This document shows, piece after piece, positions 62,023-64,000 of a stretch of 64,000 bases of DNA. Source of the stretch: Octopus bimaculoides (Eukaryota); contig NC_068987.1 in assembly GCF_001194135.2 (NCBI RefSeq), forward strand, positions 105,776,131-105,840,130. The letters run 5' to 3'. Position numbers and translations under genes: made by a program. The notes under the pieces are model-generated. The model saw only the letters and a list, made by a program, of their open reading frames with translations, was not told where the DNA came from and searched no databases. Each line of letters starts with the position of its first letter. The stretch's first letter is position 1.

Positions 62023-62521
62023 NNNNNNNNNNNNNNNNNNNNNNNNNNNNNNNNNNNNNNNNNNNNNNNNNNNNNNNNNNNNNNNNNNNNNNNNNNNNNN
62101 NNNNNNNNNNNNNNNNNNNNNNNNNNNNNNNNNNNNNNNNNNNNNNNNNNNNNNNNNNNNNNNNNNNNNNNNNNNNNNNNNNNNNNNNNNNNNNNNNNNN
62201 NNNNNNNNNNNNNNNNNNNNNNNNNNNNNNNNNNNNNNNNNNNNNNNNNNNNNNNNNNNNNNNNNNNNNNNNNNNNNNNNNNNNNNNNNNNNNNNNNNNN
62301 NNNNNNNNNNNNNNNNNNNNNNNNNNNNNNNNNNNNNNNNNNNNNNNNNNNNNNNNNNNNNNNNNNNNNNNNNNNNNNNNNNNNNNNNNNNNNNNNNNNN
62401 NNNNNNNNNNNNNNNNNNNNNNNNNNNNNNNNNNNNNNNNNNNNNNNNNNNNNNNNNNNNNNNNNNNNNNNNNNNNNNNNNNNNNNNNNNNNNNNNNNNN
62501 NNNNNNNNNNNNNNNNNNNNN

Positions 62522-62646
<125 letters not shown>

Positions 62647-63338
62647 GTTATACGATAAATAACGAAGATCTAGCGTAGGAAATTATTAAAAGACGAACAT
62701 CAAGTAGCTATTCCACCATATTTAGTGTGCATTCAGGTCCCTTGTTTCTCCTTCATTAAATCAGCTCCGGTTCAAAGTTCTTTTAATTAGCAAAACTGAG
62801 AGATTACGATCATGGTGGCAGAACATATATTACGTATATCACAAGTTTATCTGTCGGTATTTCCTTGTTGCGCACCATGCACGCGCCATCCTAATTTCGG
62901 AAATGTGCGAAGGGCATTCAGCAAATTATAGAAAGCGATGTGCTAAGTTATCTGCAACCATATATGTTTATGTGTATCTATGTATGCGTATGTATGTGTA
63001 TGTTTGTATGTATGTTTTTGTGTAACATGTATTTATGTATTAGTAATCAGTTGTTGACATTTCAAGCAAGGTTAAACTCTACACGACATAATTGCTTCTA
63101 CTATTCATTTGCAAGTGATGATCTACGCACGTGCACCTCCTCCCCCTCCCCCACACAATCACACACGCACATTCACACACTCACAGGCAAACACACCTAC
63201 ACACACACACAAACACGCATGTTAATATATATATATACATATATATATATGGATATATATACTCATGGGTATATATACATACATGCGTACACACATATAT
63301 ATGCATACAATATATACACACATACACACACGGACACA

Positions 63339-63377
<39 letters not shown>

Positions 63378-64000
63378 CACATGAGCAAATGCAGTTCTGA
63401 GTGTTGTTACAATTATTTTGTGAAGCTTTTTACTTCGATGTAAATACAATATAACTGTTCAGACGATGCGATACATTAAACAACTCGCAGCTCGTCCGGC
63501 AACTTCTGAAACAATGATTTGTTGAGTAATGTAGTGATTTGAGCTTGTCGAATTATACATGAAAGTACCGATATGTAAGATATGGAAATGTAGGAGTGTC
63601 TACTCTAAGTAATTCTGTCCACCGAAATGCCGTGATTGTGGATGAAAAGCTATACAAGTAATGCAAAAAAGGTCCTAGATTTGCGTACATTTCATTCGTC
63701 GTGCACTAAAATCTCAGCATGTGAGTTACCTTTGAACATTTTGATAGAATTTTTATCTTTTGTTCATCAGTTGTTTTCGCCTTCGGTAAACTTTTCGCAC
63801 GTCTATAGACGCTATGTGATCACAACACATGCGATTCGGCTGTTTATTGGCCTTTGAGGCGCTGCAATGTTTCTGCATCGTTGTGCGTCTACCAAGTTAA
63901 AGCTATCCCACCGGAGTGATTAATCTAAAAAGAACACTAGTACTTAGCTATACAAGTCAGCAAGATCTTTCCTGACACATGCTAATACCTATCTAATAGA

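Noticed and set aside
63440-63900. Complex sequence suspected to be a Helitron or other transposase fragment
   Set aside because: Could not align any diagnostic motif by eye; left unannotated.

Overview
Eukaryotic, AT-rich, repeat-dominated sequence from a draft assembly, with many N gaps next to (TA)n, (CA)n and (AAT)n tracts. The repeat landscape suggests an octopod cephalopod, most likely Octopus; this is an inference, not a database result. No intact protein-coding gene, rRNA, true tRNA gene or CRISPR array is visible, and nearly all ORFs in the supplied track are artefacts of gaps, microsatellites or SINEs. Recognisable content: several tRNA-headed SINE families (labelled A-D here), decayed DD34D mariner and DD37D maT transposases, a 5'-truncated RTE LINE, three Penelope-like (PLE) ORF relics (RT and GIY-YIG), an hAT-type MITE with a perfect 8-bp TSD, and long fold-back palindromes. 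A series of splice-flanked minus-strand open segments suggests the window lies mostly in introns of an unidentified minus-strand gene (low to moderate confidence). The most interesting signal is a set of minimal type I hammerhead-ribozyme folds in three unrelated sequence contexts. One lies in the tail of a tRNA-promoter SINE (45484-45529, minus), one stands alone (18935-18976, plus), and two are copies of a PLE-UTR-like repeat (10939-10974 and 44201-44236, minus). A 121-bp-armed hairpin (13690-13950) with a biased mismatch spectrum is also notable. All pairings, translations and coordinates were derived by hand; element boundaries without TSDs are approximate.
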